Source: Botryllus schlosseri
Lineage: Eukaryota
Direction: 5' to 3'
DNA length: 64,000 nucleotides
Assembly (NCBI GenBank): GCA_051294905.1
Contig: CM119371.1
Coordinates: forward strand, 17,548,001 to 17,612,000
Shown: in pieces, positions 27,352-41,084 of the stretch
Layout of the letters: every line of letters begins with the position of its first letter
Numbering within the stretch: the first letter of the stretch is position 1
Program-made: the position numbers and the translations under genes
The notes under the pieces: model-generated
Told to the model about the DNA's origin: nothing
The model's input: only the letters and a program-made list of their open reading frames with translations
The model's database searches: none

Positions 27352-29050
27352 GTAAGCGTATGTATGAGCAATGAGTATCTACGCATGCGTTTTTGTGAGC
27401 ATAATGTTCAACTTCTCATTCGAGAAAATACTGGTCTGTGTCAAACCCCATTTTTATGTAATAAGGAAAGAAACAATGCGAATATTCTGAAATGCCACCA
27501 ATTTATGTTAGCGTTACGCATATCAATCTAGATCAGTGGTTCAAACTAGAGTGGCCATACCACTGTAATTTCATTGAAAAAACTGCGTCCGGAAGGAAAT
27601 TCTGAAATATGCCCAAATGTCCGGAATGTTGAAAGCTTGAAGTAGGCTCAAAAGTATTTCGTAAATCAACATAAACAATATTATTTTCAAGCAGATTTAT
27701 GCTATTCAAAGTTCTTCACGCTTCGCGGAGTTAATGTAACGTATATTGATATTCGTATGGGCACCAGGCACCGCCCTTGCAAAAACTGCAATCGAAAAAA
27801 TAAATAAATGACGATCATTTACTGAAATAAGTCTAATTGTAATCGCAATTATAAGCTAACGGTATAATCCTAGAGTTGGTCAAGGCCGATTGGATGCTTC
27901 AGTCCCAGACAGTGGTTCCAAATCTTATGGTCGTTTGCCTTTATCTGATCGCGATGATGTTGGGCGTAATCAGCTTCCTAGGCCATAAGTGAGTTTGGGC
28001 AAGCTAAAGTTTTGTTGGTAATCAGCATATCAAGTTTCGAGCTAGGCAACGGAACATTTTCAAGTTGGAAATGAGGTCGCGACGATAAAAGGTTGGAAAT
28101 CATCGGATGTGCAACCTGCCAGTGCATTTATAGTAGCCAAATATATGGAAGAATCAATATTATTGACAGATTTCATTAATAAAATTTAACAACCAGATGC
28201 ACGTAGTAAGTGCCCAAGGAGTTACATCGATTACCCTATGGTGGTCCCAAGATCCGTGCTTTTTCTGGGCGGAAGGGGGCTGAAAAAATGTTGTTTCGGA
28301 CCTGAATAAAATACACAACCACACCGACCTAACAATACAGCAGGGCTGTCAAACACAATCCCGACAGGCCAGACATGGCCCGCCATACGATTTCATCCGA
28401 CCCTTGAAGAAATTTATTGCAGACCCTAGAAAGTAGCAATCACCAGAGCTTTCACCACAGATGGAGATGGCCCAATTCATGACCTATGTTCCACTCCATT
28501 CCTGTATACCAGTGGTCGGGAACCTATAGCTCGTGAGCCATATATGACTCTTTTGGGTATAAGATATGGCTCTTTGCCTAATTTTTATATTTGTACTCAA
28601 TTTAACCATATTGCAGTGACTTGTTAGTAAATTGTCATCACAGCCAAATAATTATTCCCGTGGCAGTACCAACATGTTTTTGAGAGGCCAAAACTGACGT
28701 ATTCAGGGATAGGGGCTCCGACCCCCTATTCAAAATCCTCAAATTTACGTTGCTGTCGCGCCGGCGACCAATACAACTCCCCAATTCAATGTACCCGCCT
28801 CGAAATCTGTGATTGCGCGATACTTTGATTGATCAAAGAGAATGACAGACATGGTGACGCCTCTAAATATGCAAATTGCGAGATTTTGGTAGTAAAAATG
28901 CTCAAAATCTAGCTATTCATGAACATCGATGGAAAATACCAATAATATAATCATTTTCGTTTACTCATCCTGACGACAGGTGAGGAACTCCCTCACTTGC
29001 CTCCCCTGACCCCACGTCATTGCCGTATCACACCTTATGGTGGGTATGTA

Positions 29051-29985
29051 GGAGAGATGTGGTACCGATGGATCACTGGGACCGAAAATACTTTGAAAAT
29101 TCTGTATGATAATTCCATGATTAAACTCTGTGAACTTGTCTACAATTGCATGCTGGCAAAATCTTTCCTCACGTGCAAAAGAATTCGACGTGCGCGAGCT
29201 ATGGAGTCTCTCACAGATGTTTTTTGTTTTGTTTTTGGGGGTGTAAACTAAAATTAGATCGACATATGCATTTTTCCTTGTAACCTTCAAGACGAACAAA
29301 CCAGAAATCATTTTTATTGTGAAGTGTAGGGCTTGTATCAGGCTATATAATGGCACCTATTATTTTTTCATTTCCTTCCTTGAGTGGAATTTTTTTCGAT
29401 TCATGTATAAAATTCGTAGGGTGGGGACCGATGATACAATAGCCAAATCAAGCAAAATAATCAAGCATACTAATCATGGAACAAATTAAACTTGCCTACG
29501 TGCATAAAATCTTTATGTAATAATTGCATATGATGTTTTATCGCTATAACGAGGTATTTTGAAGTCACACTGTCGATTTTCGGGCAATATGTATGTACCC
29601 TCGAATTTATAAGTTCGAGCCTAAATCGAAACGTGATTTTATGACAACATTTGAGTTAATATTTATTCTATTTTTTGACGGTTGCGACCAAACATTCTTC
29701 TTTGGCTTGTTTTAGCTTAGATTATAATACTGAGCAAGAAAAGTTGTCACATCTGAGTTTTTTAGGGTATATGTGTCATAGGTCCCCGGGTCGTGTGCCA
29801 TTGGACCCACCGGGTGGAGACCGATGATACGTTCGAGCAACAAATCTTGAACGTCCATAAATATGCGCGATAGGTAGAGCTTGCATCAAAGTGCTGAGCC
29901 AGCAAAAAATCTGCTGTTTTCGGCTGGACATTTTGGGGCCAGCAATTATTTTCCAATTTTTGATCCATCGGTACCACATCTGCCC
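29051..29985. mobile_element. TA-flanked TIR element, copy 2
   Basis: TA|GGAGAGATGTGGTACCGATGGATCA...TGATCCATCGGTACCACATCTGCCC|TA; homologous to 9580-10399. Confidence 0.8.
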
Positions 29986-32900
29986 TATTTCTGTAGTGGC
30001 CATTGTATGGGTTCACCAACGCATGCGATCATGGACAATCGCATTTAAAATGAGCATCAAGACCAGGGGTGGCAAACATGCGGCTTGAGAACTATAATTG
30101 TGCGCTGATTAGCTGAGTTTAGGAATTTTAAGTCGACTTAAAATTTTTCTTCGCGCCGGGCAGGATTTTGAGTGGCTTGATTTGTCATTTAAAAATATAG
30201 TGGTGTTCCTGTAATCTGACCGCCGCACTATAGACAAATGCGAGCCACAGAGGAAAATTATGCGCCTCGTCAAGAAATACCAATTCGGACTCGTGTACGC
30301 CTCACGAATGAAGGTTTTTCTGGTACGTTTGGGTGATTCCAATATATATGTTGGCTATTCCGACAATCCTGATGGGAAGTCAAGATATGAAAATATGCAG
30401 CAAATTGATTAATAACAATCCGAAGATGCATCATTAATTATGTGCCAAAAATTTTCGAAGACACCCCTCCACCGGAAAATCTGATCAGGGGGGCTGAGAG
30501 AGGATAAATGTTGGCTAGAAAAATATGTGCAACTACCAATATTATCGACGAAATTCATTCATAAAGACTAAACATCTATTTCCGCTAACTTTTCCTATCT
30601 TAAAAATTTGCGATTTCAGTGCGTATATAAAGCCCGCTGCGGCGTTCTGCTTTTACAATTTAAATCTTTCTTGCCAAAGGCATTTCACAAGAAAACTGCG
30701 ATGGCACAGAACACCACAAGGGTTACCTGCGATTCGAAGTCCCCAAGTAGCCAATTTAACATTGATACTTTGTCATTCATTACGACTGGATTCTATCTAT
30801 GTAATCGAAATACTGCCGTGAATAGCAAAAAGAATGAACCTACGATCTCGTATAACTGACGAAAGTGTCAAATTTTGTATGAAGCTTAACCTCAATAATT
30901 ATCAACCAGATTACACCTCTACATAGCCATCTGTAATATCGTGCAACACCAAGAGACGCATTAACTGTAAAAAGCGTGTAAATAGTAGATTCACGCTTTT
31001 ACTGTTTGAAATGGTAATACACTGTAAACGATAATGGTGTGTTTTCGCAATTCACACCCTAGCGTAGGGTGTGTTTTGAGTCATCACACTTATTGGGTAC
31101 TAAATTTGTCATTTACACCTAAGCTATTGGTGGAAATAAGCCAAATACACCCCTATACACACATACCATAAAATATACACCCGAAGCATTGGCATTTGGG
31201 GTGAATTGTTAGATATCAGACCTTTTGTCAGACAAATATGAAGTTTGGGATTCAATCCGCGCTAACCGCTTCCTCAAGCTTCCACAAAACTGTTGAAGTT
31301 TTAAGTCTGTGTCGGTCAGAAGCCTGGTTAAGCCTGTTGTGTCAAACTGTAGGTCGTGTTGGACATATTCTCTTTGGGTTTTAATTATCCCCCGAAAATG
31401 CGTGTTTTCACCCACTTTATTGTTGTCCGTGTCTTTAAGGCTTCTTGGGTAGGCTTAGGCAATGTTGCATTGTTCAGTTTTTATGGATTTAACCCGGTTC
31501 GATCAAGTAAATTCGCTTACGCATATAGCTTCAGCTTCAGTGACAAATAAGCATTCGTTGTATTAGTTCGTGTTGTGCTACATCGACATGAATGAATAAT
31601 AGTCAAGTCCACAATATCATATTGTAATTCACATTTATCGTGCACTGCGGTACTCGTACTTTGGCTGAAGTTTCACCCTGGCTACTATATAGAGTGACCG
31701 ATGTATCTCAAGTGTGTGGCAAAAATACGACACATTATGAAGTTGCCACGATATTGGTTTATAATTTCTTTCATGCCACGTCAAATGCACAGTTGTACGA
31801 ATGTACGTACGTAGGCTATATCTATGTACAAAATATATCGGGCCTATGCCGCACGGCATTAGTGTATAACCACAGTATAATGCAGGTTATGGGTATTTAA
31901 AGCTGGGAATACAAGAAGGAGTCAAATTTTAGCCACAAACTTACGTGAGCAGTACGCAATATGGGCGTAGCAAGAATTCAAATTAAAATGGGACACGAGG
32001 CTACGTCACGGAACAATCATTGAAGTGGGCGAAGGAGGGACTAAATTGGGGAAAAGTTTCCTGGTTATTTTCATATCTATATTGTTATGTTATTCACTAT
32101 TTGGTAGCTTTTTGAATTGCACACTAAGCCTAATCGACAACGACAATTCGCGTACAGCTTTCGCATCGTATCAATGGTTCGATCTATGAAGATGAATCTA
32201 GTACTCCAAGACTCTTTTAAGCTTATTATGATGTAATCTGCAGCTTCACAGCTATCAAATCCACATTTCTGATAAATCAATTATAGTATACATACAAATA
32301 TTCCGAAGATCCTTAACTTCAATATAATTATTGCATCAGTTAGTCAATTGTGACATCATAATGGAACAAACAAACCGTCGTCACCAGAACAGCTGCTGCT
32401 ATGTTTCGCTACAGCTATGTAAAATGTTTCGTTATATGCCGTATTTCCGCGCTTACGAGACCAGACTGGCTATCGACTGACCGTATTAGTTGTCGTGAAT
32501 CTGTGAAGAAAGTCTCATTCGAGATTGAAAATATCTGAATGGTGAGTTACATTTCGTATCGGTACTATAGTAGTAGAGAACATTTGTTCCGTTGCGTTTC
32601 CGGTACAGATCCGATTCCTGTTACTCAGTGTTGCAGCTGTACTGAACAGAATTATATGCAGCAAGCTGAAATTTTAAACGTAACGGTAGTGACGATACAT
32701 TGAATTCACATACATTGTTGTATCACCAGTACCGATACCAATATCCAAGACACAGTAGCTCAATGGCTCTAATGGAGATACTGTTGACAGGTGCAGCATC
32801 AGCTATGATTATAAACTACGGTAATTTGGGCTCGATCAACATCGTTTGTAAGTGCATTGAAAAAAAAAAATCGATTGTCGTTATATAGGTAAGTATTATG

Positions 32901-34226
32901 ATTACCAAAGCACATCACGACCTGTTTAAGTGTAAAGGTAGCCTACCACTGACTATGCAGGGTTATGTTATCAGCCTATCACCCTGTCATTATCACTAAG
33001 CTATATACACATTATATGTTATGTTATGGCAGGAAGGTAGACATATTATCTATTCTACTTCAGACTTGCATGGGCATAGATCGCAAATTTGGGGCTCTTG
33101 AAGAATGAAATTATCGATTTCTGCTCATGAGAAAACAAGTGTAACATACAAACAGCAAAGGGCTGAAGAATATGAAGCAATGGTATCTGAGGTGAGCAAT
33201 GGACATTTGATGATGAAAGCTTTCGATCCCCGTAAATTGGGGCCAGTAAATGTTAATGATATTATGACATGGGTGAAAATATGACAATGCTATATTGCTA
33301 TCACTACGAATATGAGAGACTTGACTAGGAGCAAGCTTGCCAGTAGTATTGAACATATTTTGCAGTGCCCCCCTCAGACTATCTGCTAAGAGTATGTAAC
33401 CCATCAACTAGACTACTTCTTTTGAAACTACTTCTCCGAGTTCTGTTCATATATTTATTTTAATTTAAAGCAGCTTGACATGGATTTGACATAGTCACTT
33501 CTATATGCTTGTCATTGAGTAGAAATTTACATCTATTGCTTGAGTAGCAATGCGCACTACTGCGGTCAACTGGGTGTGCAACAATGCACGGATTAGCTGG
33601 GTCTTCAATGTTTTGACCAATATGAAGAGGCAAACATAGCCTTGCCAAAGTTGATCAAACTGTCCTTTTGATCAATATAAACAAATCATAATATATGCAC
33701 TTCTTGACTCATGATATGACATACACAAATGACATGACATGCACAAATCTGCTTTTTGTTAGATTCAAGGACTGATTGCTATTAGTAGCAGACTCTTACT
33801 CTGTGAATGTGAAATCAAATATGTTATTGGTGAGTAATATACTATGCGTAGGAGAGTTGCAAAATTGTATTTTAACTTGCTTATTAACAAGCATTAAAGC
33901 AAGTCAAGGCTACAACATCAGTACACATTTTGGATGTCTTGGGCGTTTCGAATCCAACCCAAATTATCAACTGAATGTTTACCGCATGCCTCATGGTTAT
34001 TTTTTCAATTTTAGGATGCTGCTATACAAGCAAAATATCGGGGAATTTCAACCAAATCGACGTCGCATTTAACGGTAGAAGCGTATGATGCGAAACAGTA
34101 AAGGATCGTTATCAAACAGCTTATATTACAAGGTAATCATTATCATCCAGATAATTTGCTAATTTCGAAGTATAAGACTTAAGTCAACGTTTTCAAATCA
34201 AGACACAGTTAGACATGTATCTGTGG

Positions 34227-34752
34227 CGGGGTTGTAACCAAGTCACGAGGCTCCGAGTCAGAAGTCAATCTCACTAATATAGTTTTGACTCGAGTCAGGT
34301 CGAGTCATTTTTCTTTGACCACTGAGTCATGGTATTATGACTCGAATCCGAGTCCAAGTCATTGTGTTGACTAATCAGCTTCCAGTTGAAATCTTGTTCA
34401 ATCCACTTTTTATAACTCTGTTTGGTGATATCGAATGGTTCGCATTCATAAATATACTAATTTCCCTCACTGGTCGAAATTTTAAGTACCAGTACCAATA
34501 GACGTAATCTAAATAGTGAGGTTACTTTACTATTCTCCGAAATTTCAAAGAAATGTAGGTCTTCGCCGTCTGAATCTTGAGTCATATGACTAGGTTCGAG
34601 TCATGCGCAATGACTCAAGTCCAAGTCGAGTCAATACACTGATTGACTCGAGTCGAGTCATTTCCATATTTTGAGCAAATGACTCGAGTCAAGTCGAGTC
34701 ATCAGAAAATCCTGACTCGAGTCAATTCATGACTCGAATCAGTACAATCCTG
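34227..34752. mobile_element. hAT MITE with GACTCGAGTC repeats
   Basis: Ends CGGGGTTGTA/TACAATCCTG; perfect TSD ATCTGTGG; single-copy empty site at 39076-39083 in the duplicated unit. Confidence 0.9.
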
Positions 34753-35370
34753 ATCTGTGGTCCCTTTGAATCCATTCTGAAAGTCAATATTGCCTGAGGA
34801 GGAAACGTTTCAAACGTGTTTTGAATCAATATTAAATTCATATCAATTTTTCTATATCTGATTTTCTCTAAATTTTAGAGACCGCATGCAGCAAGAGCAA
34901 GATTACATTAGAGGAATTAACCAATCTTGGGACTATGCTGCAAAAACTGAAAGAATTGTTATCAAGACAGCAGGTATTACAACTTTGTTAACGACACCTG
35001 ATGTCAACTTTCGTAGTCGCATATATGAAGTAAACCAAAGCAGAGATTGTCAAAGTTACTAGCGTTGCTACTCAAGTCGATGTAGAAATGCTGCCGTCAA
35101 TTTATACTCGATTACAAGTAGATACAACAGTTCCCAATACAAGTCAAAACTACGTCAAGTGGAATCAGAATACAAAATGTCGGAAGAATAGTTAAGTATG
35201 GTAAGCAGTTTTTCGGAAGTTTCTGTTTTGAAAATTGCGATATGAATGTTCGCGATTATTGTAATGTTACTAATAGCATATGACACTACTAACAGACAGA
35301 ATCTTCAAAAATATATTCAGTTATCCTGATATAGGCGGTGTTGCCAGACTTGGACAACTAGATATTCTAG

Positions 35371-37957
35371 CGAGATAGTGTAATGGTTGTGCGTCCAGCT
35401 TCTCGATCGGTAGGTCGCGTGTTCAATCCCCGGCCGGGTCAGACCAAAGACTCAAAAACTGGTATTCGCGGCTATCCCGCTAGGCGCTCAGCAATCACGG
35501 ATAGCATGGAGGAGAAAAAAACTGGGATGCAGATTAGATGACCTTACTATAAAGGCCGTATCGCATTAGGGTGGAGTGAAAATGACTTTTTTTTTTCAAA
35601 TCAAAAAAGGCCTTCCTCAATCCTGACAAATGACCTAAAACTTCAATTAAAAGAGACTTCAGGGTGTTTCCCCCATTTTCCAGCCGGCAACCCCCCAATT
35701 TCTGCGCGTGGGGGGGTAAAATGGCCCATCTCGGCAACCGCTGGTCGTAGAGTCATGATATATAGCTCAAAATCTGCGGAAGCATCATGTTTCTATCTGT
35801 CTTCTGAAGAAAGTTTTCTCTATTGTGAACACAAAATGAGTTATAGCCAAAAAACTATATATACGCACATTTTTGTTGAAATTCAGCATTTATTCTGACG
35901 AATTGTGATCTGTCATTAGTTTTTTTTAAAGTAAAGTAACACAGTGGCAATGCCGAATATTGGGCCCATATTACAAATATATTCACAACACAGTCCTTTT
36001 AAAAATCGGTTCGAAATATCATAATGAAACACTCACATTTAACGACTTTTATTAAAAATGCATTCTTTTGTAAAGTTTTTTCATCAGTTTACGAGACTTA
36101 ATTTTTCGGCGAATGAGGCCATCTCGTCTTTGAAATCCCGAAACTAGTGCTGATGCTTCTGTTACGAGCTTTACATGTCGTTCCACTGTTTGATTGTGGC
36201 ATGGATGAAACAAAATCAGATGCTTCTCGCGGCATTCTTCTAACTCTGCATCAGTTAAGTGCTCAATCGTTGGAGGAAGTTGTTGATAAGGTTCAATATC
36301 AACCAATTCGTGGTATGCCTTGGCTTTGGGACACAGAATAAACGAATAGGACCCCAGTTCAATTGGTTGGAACTGCTATGACTTTCAATGTCCACAAGTG
36401 AATTTTATTCAGCGGCATGTTTTCGAAACGCAAGCACCTTGGTCACACCCTTATTTCGTATGTCTTCATTATCATCTACCAGCATTGCAATCATAATATT
36501 TTCGGGGTGTGCGGAATAACCGTTTCTTATCACCACATTCGGAGCAATTTTTCGAACGTTTCGGTCAGAGAAATTCAAAACCTGTTTAATCAAGTTGAGG
36601 ATGTTTCTGGGTCCATGTGTTATATGTTTGTTTCCCTTGATCTCAAACCAAGTTGGAAAATATACTTCAAGGCAAAAACGAACCAGAGTCTCCAGGTTTA
36701 AAGGTTGTTCATTAACTGTTACATAATACCGTAAAACTCTGCACTGCATCCTAAAGTTAGCCATCTTGAATGCGCAACCGGTGGTCCAACCTCCAAGTAA
36801 GCCAGATCATCATCAGCATTTCCTTGAATAATTGCCCAGCACATTTATAAGCATATAACTGGTCCTTACTTAAGTCACTAACAATTTCTTATGGGAGCTT
36901 TTGAAAGGCCATAAGTGGTGGCGAGAGCTGTTTGAATTGAGTAACTGGCCAACAAGATACACTTCCACGTAGTTTTTTTCAATTGGGTGTGACCAAGGTG
37001 CTGACGATTCGAAAACATGCCGCTGAATAAAATTCACTCCTGGACATTGAGAGTCATAGCGGTTCCAACCAATTGAACTGCGGTCCTGTTCGTTTATTCT
37101 GCGTCTCAAAGTTGAACTTGGAAGCAAAGGTATACCACGAGTTGGTTGATATTGAACCTTATATCAACAACTTTCTCCAGCGATTGAGCACTTAACTGAT
37201 GCAGAGTTAGAAGAATGCCGCGAGAAGCCTCTGATTTTGTTTCATCCATGCCGCAATCAAACAGTGCATGGAACATCATGTAAAGCTCGTAACAGAAGCA
37301 TCAGGGCACGTTTCGGGATTTCAAAGACGAGATGGCCTCATTTGCCGAAAAATTAAGTCTCGTAAACTGATGAAAAAACTTGACAAAAGAATGTATTTTT
37401 AATATAAGACGTTCAATGTGAATGTTTCATTATGATGTTTTGAACCGATTTTTAAAAGGACTGTGTTGTGAATATATTTGTAATATGGGCCCAATATTCG
37501 GTATTGCCAGTGTGTTACTTTACTTTAAAAAAAAACTAATGGCAGATCACAATTCGTCAGAATAAATGCTGAATTTCAACAAAAATGTGCGTATATATAG
37601 TTTTTTGGCTATAACTCATTTTGCGTTCACAATAGAGAAAACTTTCCTCAGAAGACAGATAGAAACATGATGCTTCCGCAGATTTTGAGCTATATATCAT
37701 GACTCTACGACCAGCGGTTGCCGAGATGGGCCATTTTACCCCCCCACGCACAGAAATTGGGGGGTTGCCGGCTGGAAAATGGGGGAAACACCCTGAAGTC
37801 ACTTTTAATTGAAGTTTTAGGTCATTTGTCAGGATTGAGGAAGGCCTTTTTTGATTTGAAAAAAAAAAGTCATTTTCACTCCACCCTAGTATCGCATGTC
37901 CGTCGTCAAAAAGCATCTCGATGGTGCAGGCGAAAAAGAATACCATATCTCTCTCTC
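35371..37957 (+). mobile_element. tRNA-derived SINE (35371-35566 + 37898-37957) split by a hATm insertion
   Basis: A-box TAGTGTAATGG, B-box GTTCAATCC, body GGGTCAGACCAAAGACT..., (CT)n tail; absent at the paralogous site ~39725. Confidence 0.8.
35567..37888 (-). mobile_element. hATm-type element with ~750-bp inverted arms and transposase C-terminal remnants
   Basis: TAGGGTGGAGTGAAAATGAC...GTCATTTTCACTCCACCCTA; 9-bp TSD GTATCGCAT; ORFs 36052-36306 and 36405-36764(-) contain PCHNQTVERHVKLVTEAS..RRDGLIR and YFPTWFEIK..HGPRN..NGYSAHPENIMIAML. Confidence 0.92.
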
Positions 37958-38139
37958 TAAATATACTAATCGAGGCCATTGTAATTTGTGAAATGTTTCT
38001 ATGCTCTAATTCTAATTATAATCGAATTTATGAAATCTTTCTATGGTCTAATTTCAATTATAATCCAATGTCTGATTTTCCTGATAATGCTGCAGTAGTA
38101 CTACATAGTGCGAAACGTGCCAAGCTTGCTGTACAACAG

Positions 38140-38796
38140 CAGGGGTGTTCAAAAATGACTTTTTATTCTCAAATTCTTGTGGCTCAAGATGAAATTGTTA
38201 GGTTACCTAATTGAAGCTTGCACACTAAATTTGGTTCGGTTCCAACCAGCAGCCGCATAGCTACGGGAGACGAAAGTTTATTTATTTATTATATAAAAAT
38301 GAGTAAAAAAAATTCAAAATTTTCAGTGCACCCATGCAACCGTTAGGTTGTCTATAAACAATGCCCACCAAATTTGCCTCTATTCAAACCATCCGAAGCG
38401 GAGTTATCGATGTCGAAAACTTTGGATTTGAATAAAATAGTATTTACGGTGGGCACAACTATGATTTAAAAATCGGTCACCGTAAATACTATTTTACTGA
38501 AATCCAAAATTTTTCGACGCCAATAACTCCGCTTCCACTGGTTGAAATTGAGCCAAATCCGTTGAGCATTCTTTCTATAGAAAACCTAACAATATAATGA
38601 GTGAACAGAAAATTTTAAATTTTTTTTACTCATTTTCATATAGGCCTGATAAGTAAAAACTTTGTTCTCCTGTAGCAATGCGGCTACTGGTTGGAATCGA
38701 ACCAAATTTGGTGTGCAGGCTTCAATTAGGTAACCTAACAATTTTATCAAGTAGCCAGTACGATTTGAGAGAAAAAGTCATTTTTGAAGACCCCTA
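38140..38796. mobile_element. Palindromic (foldback) TAGGG-type MITE
   Basis: Element is one long imperfect inverted repeat, GGGGTGTTCAAAAATGAC...GTCATTTTTGAAGACCCCTA; sister copy at 39909-40539. Confidence 0.85.
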
Positions 38797-39908
38797 GTGC
38801 ACATATCAGATGACTTGGGAGTTTAGAATCCAATCCAAATTGCCAACTAAACGTTTATACTTCGTGGTTATTTTTCAATTTTAGGATGTTATGATACACG
38901 GTCATGTCAGGGGATATCAACCAAGTCGACGTCGCATTGAACCGTAAAACCGTATGCTTCGAAACAGTGATGGACCTTCATCAAACAGCACATATTGCAA
39001 GGTAATCATTAGCTTCCAGCTAATTTGCTAATTTCCATATATAAGGCAAGTCAAGGTTTCTATAATCAGACTAGTATCTGTGGTCGCTTTGAATCCACTC
39101 TGAAAGTTAATATTGCCCAACCAGGAAACGTTTCGTGTTTTGTATTAATATCAAGTAGTCAGATTTAACTCAAGTCCATGCATGTCTTTCTCTGATTTTC
39201 TTCAAAATTTAGGATGCTGCTTAAAGACTGCATGCTGCAAGAGCACGATTCTATCACAGGAACTAACGGAGTTTGAGGGTATGATGCGAAAACTGAAAGA
39301 CTCGTTATCAAGCCAGCAGGTATGACAACTTTGTTAGCGACACCTGATGTCAACTTTCGTAGTCGCATATATGAGGTAAACCAAAGCAGAGATGGTCAAA
39401 GTTACCAGCGTTGCTACTCAAGTCAATGTAGAAATACCGTCGTCAATTTATACTCGATTACAAGTAGATGCAACAGTCCCCAGTACAAGTCAAAGCTACG
39501 TCAAGTAGAAGTAGAATACGAAATGTTGGAAAAATAGACAAGTATGGTAAGCAGTTTTTCGGACGTTTCTACTTTGAAAATTACGATATGAATCTTTGCG
39601 ACTAATATAAAATTACTAATGGCATATGACACTACTAACAGAAAGAATCTTCAAAATATATTCACTATTCAGTTATTTCTGATGCAAGCGGTGTTGCCGA
39701 ACTTGGACAAGTATAGATATTCTAGTTGTCTAATTATACTAAATGAAGCTATTCTAATTTGTGAAATGTTTCTAAGCTCTAATTCCAATTCTAATCGAAT
39801 GTATGAAATCTTTCTATAGCCTAGTTTCATTTCTAATTTAATGTCTGGTTTTCCTGGAAATGCTACAGCAGAACTGTATAGTGCGAAACAGCCAAGCTTG
39901 CTGTACAA

Positions 39909-40539
39909 TAAGGGTGTTAAAATGATTTTATTCTCAAATTCTACTGGCTACTTGATAAAATTATTAGATTAGCGAATCGAAGGCTACACACCAAATATGG
40001 TTCAATTCCAACCAGAAGCCGCATTACTGCAGAAGAAAGTTTTTTATTTATCATTTAAATATGAGTGAAAAAAATTCAAAATTTTCTGTTTACCCAGGAA
40101 ATTGTTAGGTTGTCTATAGAAACGATGCCCACCAAATTTGGTTCAATTCAAACCAGCCGAAGCGGAGTTATTGATGTCGAAAAATTTGGAATTTAATAAA
40201 ATAGTATTTACGGTGGCCAAAATTGTAATAAATGATTAAAGAATCGGTCCCCGTAAATGCTATTTTATTCAAATCCAACCGCTTCCACTGGTTGGAATTG
40301 AGCCAAATCGGTTGAGCATTGTTTCTATGGACAACCTAACAATTTAATGGGGTGAACAGAAAATTTCAAGTCTTTTTTTATTCATTTTCATATAATAAAC
40401 AAAAAACTTTCTTCTCCTGTAGCAATGCGGCTACTAGTTGGAATCGAACCAAATTTGGTGTGCAGGCGTCAATTAGGTAACCTAACAATTTTATCATGTA
40501 GCCGGTAGAATTTGAAAAAGTAATTTTTGAACACACCTA
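39909..40539. mobile_element. Palindromic MITE, duplicate of 38140-38796
   Basis: Same left flank GCCAAGCTTGCTGTACAA and same internal palindrome. Confidence 0.85.
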
Positions 40540-40547
40540 ATCTACAG

Positions 40548-41084
40548 TAGGGCTGTTCAAGAAAAAACTTTTTTCCAAATCTCACTCGCTTAGTGACTAA
40601 ATTATCAGGTTGTCTAAGAAAACGTTGCACATCAAATTTGACTCAATTCCGACCAGTAAAGGCAGTGCAATCTTGAATTGAAAGTAGAAGCAGAGCTATT
40701 TGAGTTTTTCGTTGATATTCCCCAATCCAATGGGGATTCCAACTAGAAGAAGCAGAGCTATTTGAGTTTTTCGTTGATAATCCCCAATTCAATGGGAATT
40801 ATCAACGAAAAACTCAAATAGTTCTGCTTCTACTAGTTGGAATATAGTCAAATTTGTTTTGCATCGTCTTTGAAGACAACCCAACAATTTCATGAGGTTG
40901 ACAGGAAAATTTGAAATTTTTTTCATTTTTTTCCTAATAAATTAAAAATTTCAATTCAAGATTGCACGGCCTTTACTGGTTGGAATTGAGTCAAATTTGG
41001 TGTACATCGTCTTCTTAGACAACCTGATAATTTAAACACTAAGCGAGTGAGATTTGGAAAACAAGTTTTTATTGAACAACCCTA
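40548..41084. mobile_element. Palindromic TAGGGCTGTTCAA MITE
   Basis: TAGGGCTGTTCAA/TTGAACAACCCTA; flanks ATCTACAG/CTGTACAG; family members at 46070-46603 and ~60700-61310. Confidence 0.85.

Larger units (their letters stand above)
33921..40539 (+). repeat. Tandem duplication (unit A 33921-38796, unit B 38797-40539)
   Basis: Collinear homology, e.g. CAACACCTGATGTCAACTTTCGTAGTCGCATATATG-like block at ~34990 and ~39335; unit A carries extra insertions whose empty sites are in unit B. Confidence 0.9.

Noticed and set aside
34250..34745. GACTCGAGTC palindromic repeat cluster as CRISPR or iterons
   Set aside because: Irregular spacing; bounded by TIRs and an 8-bp TSD, so these are subterminal repeats of a hAT MITE.
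35534..37979. Duplicate ORFs MPRWAILPP.. on opposite strands
   Set aside because: Artefact of the inverted arms of the hATm element; non-coding terminal sequence.
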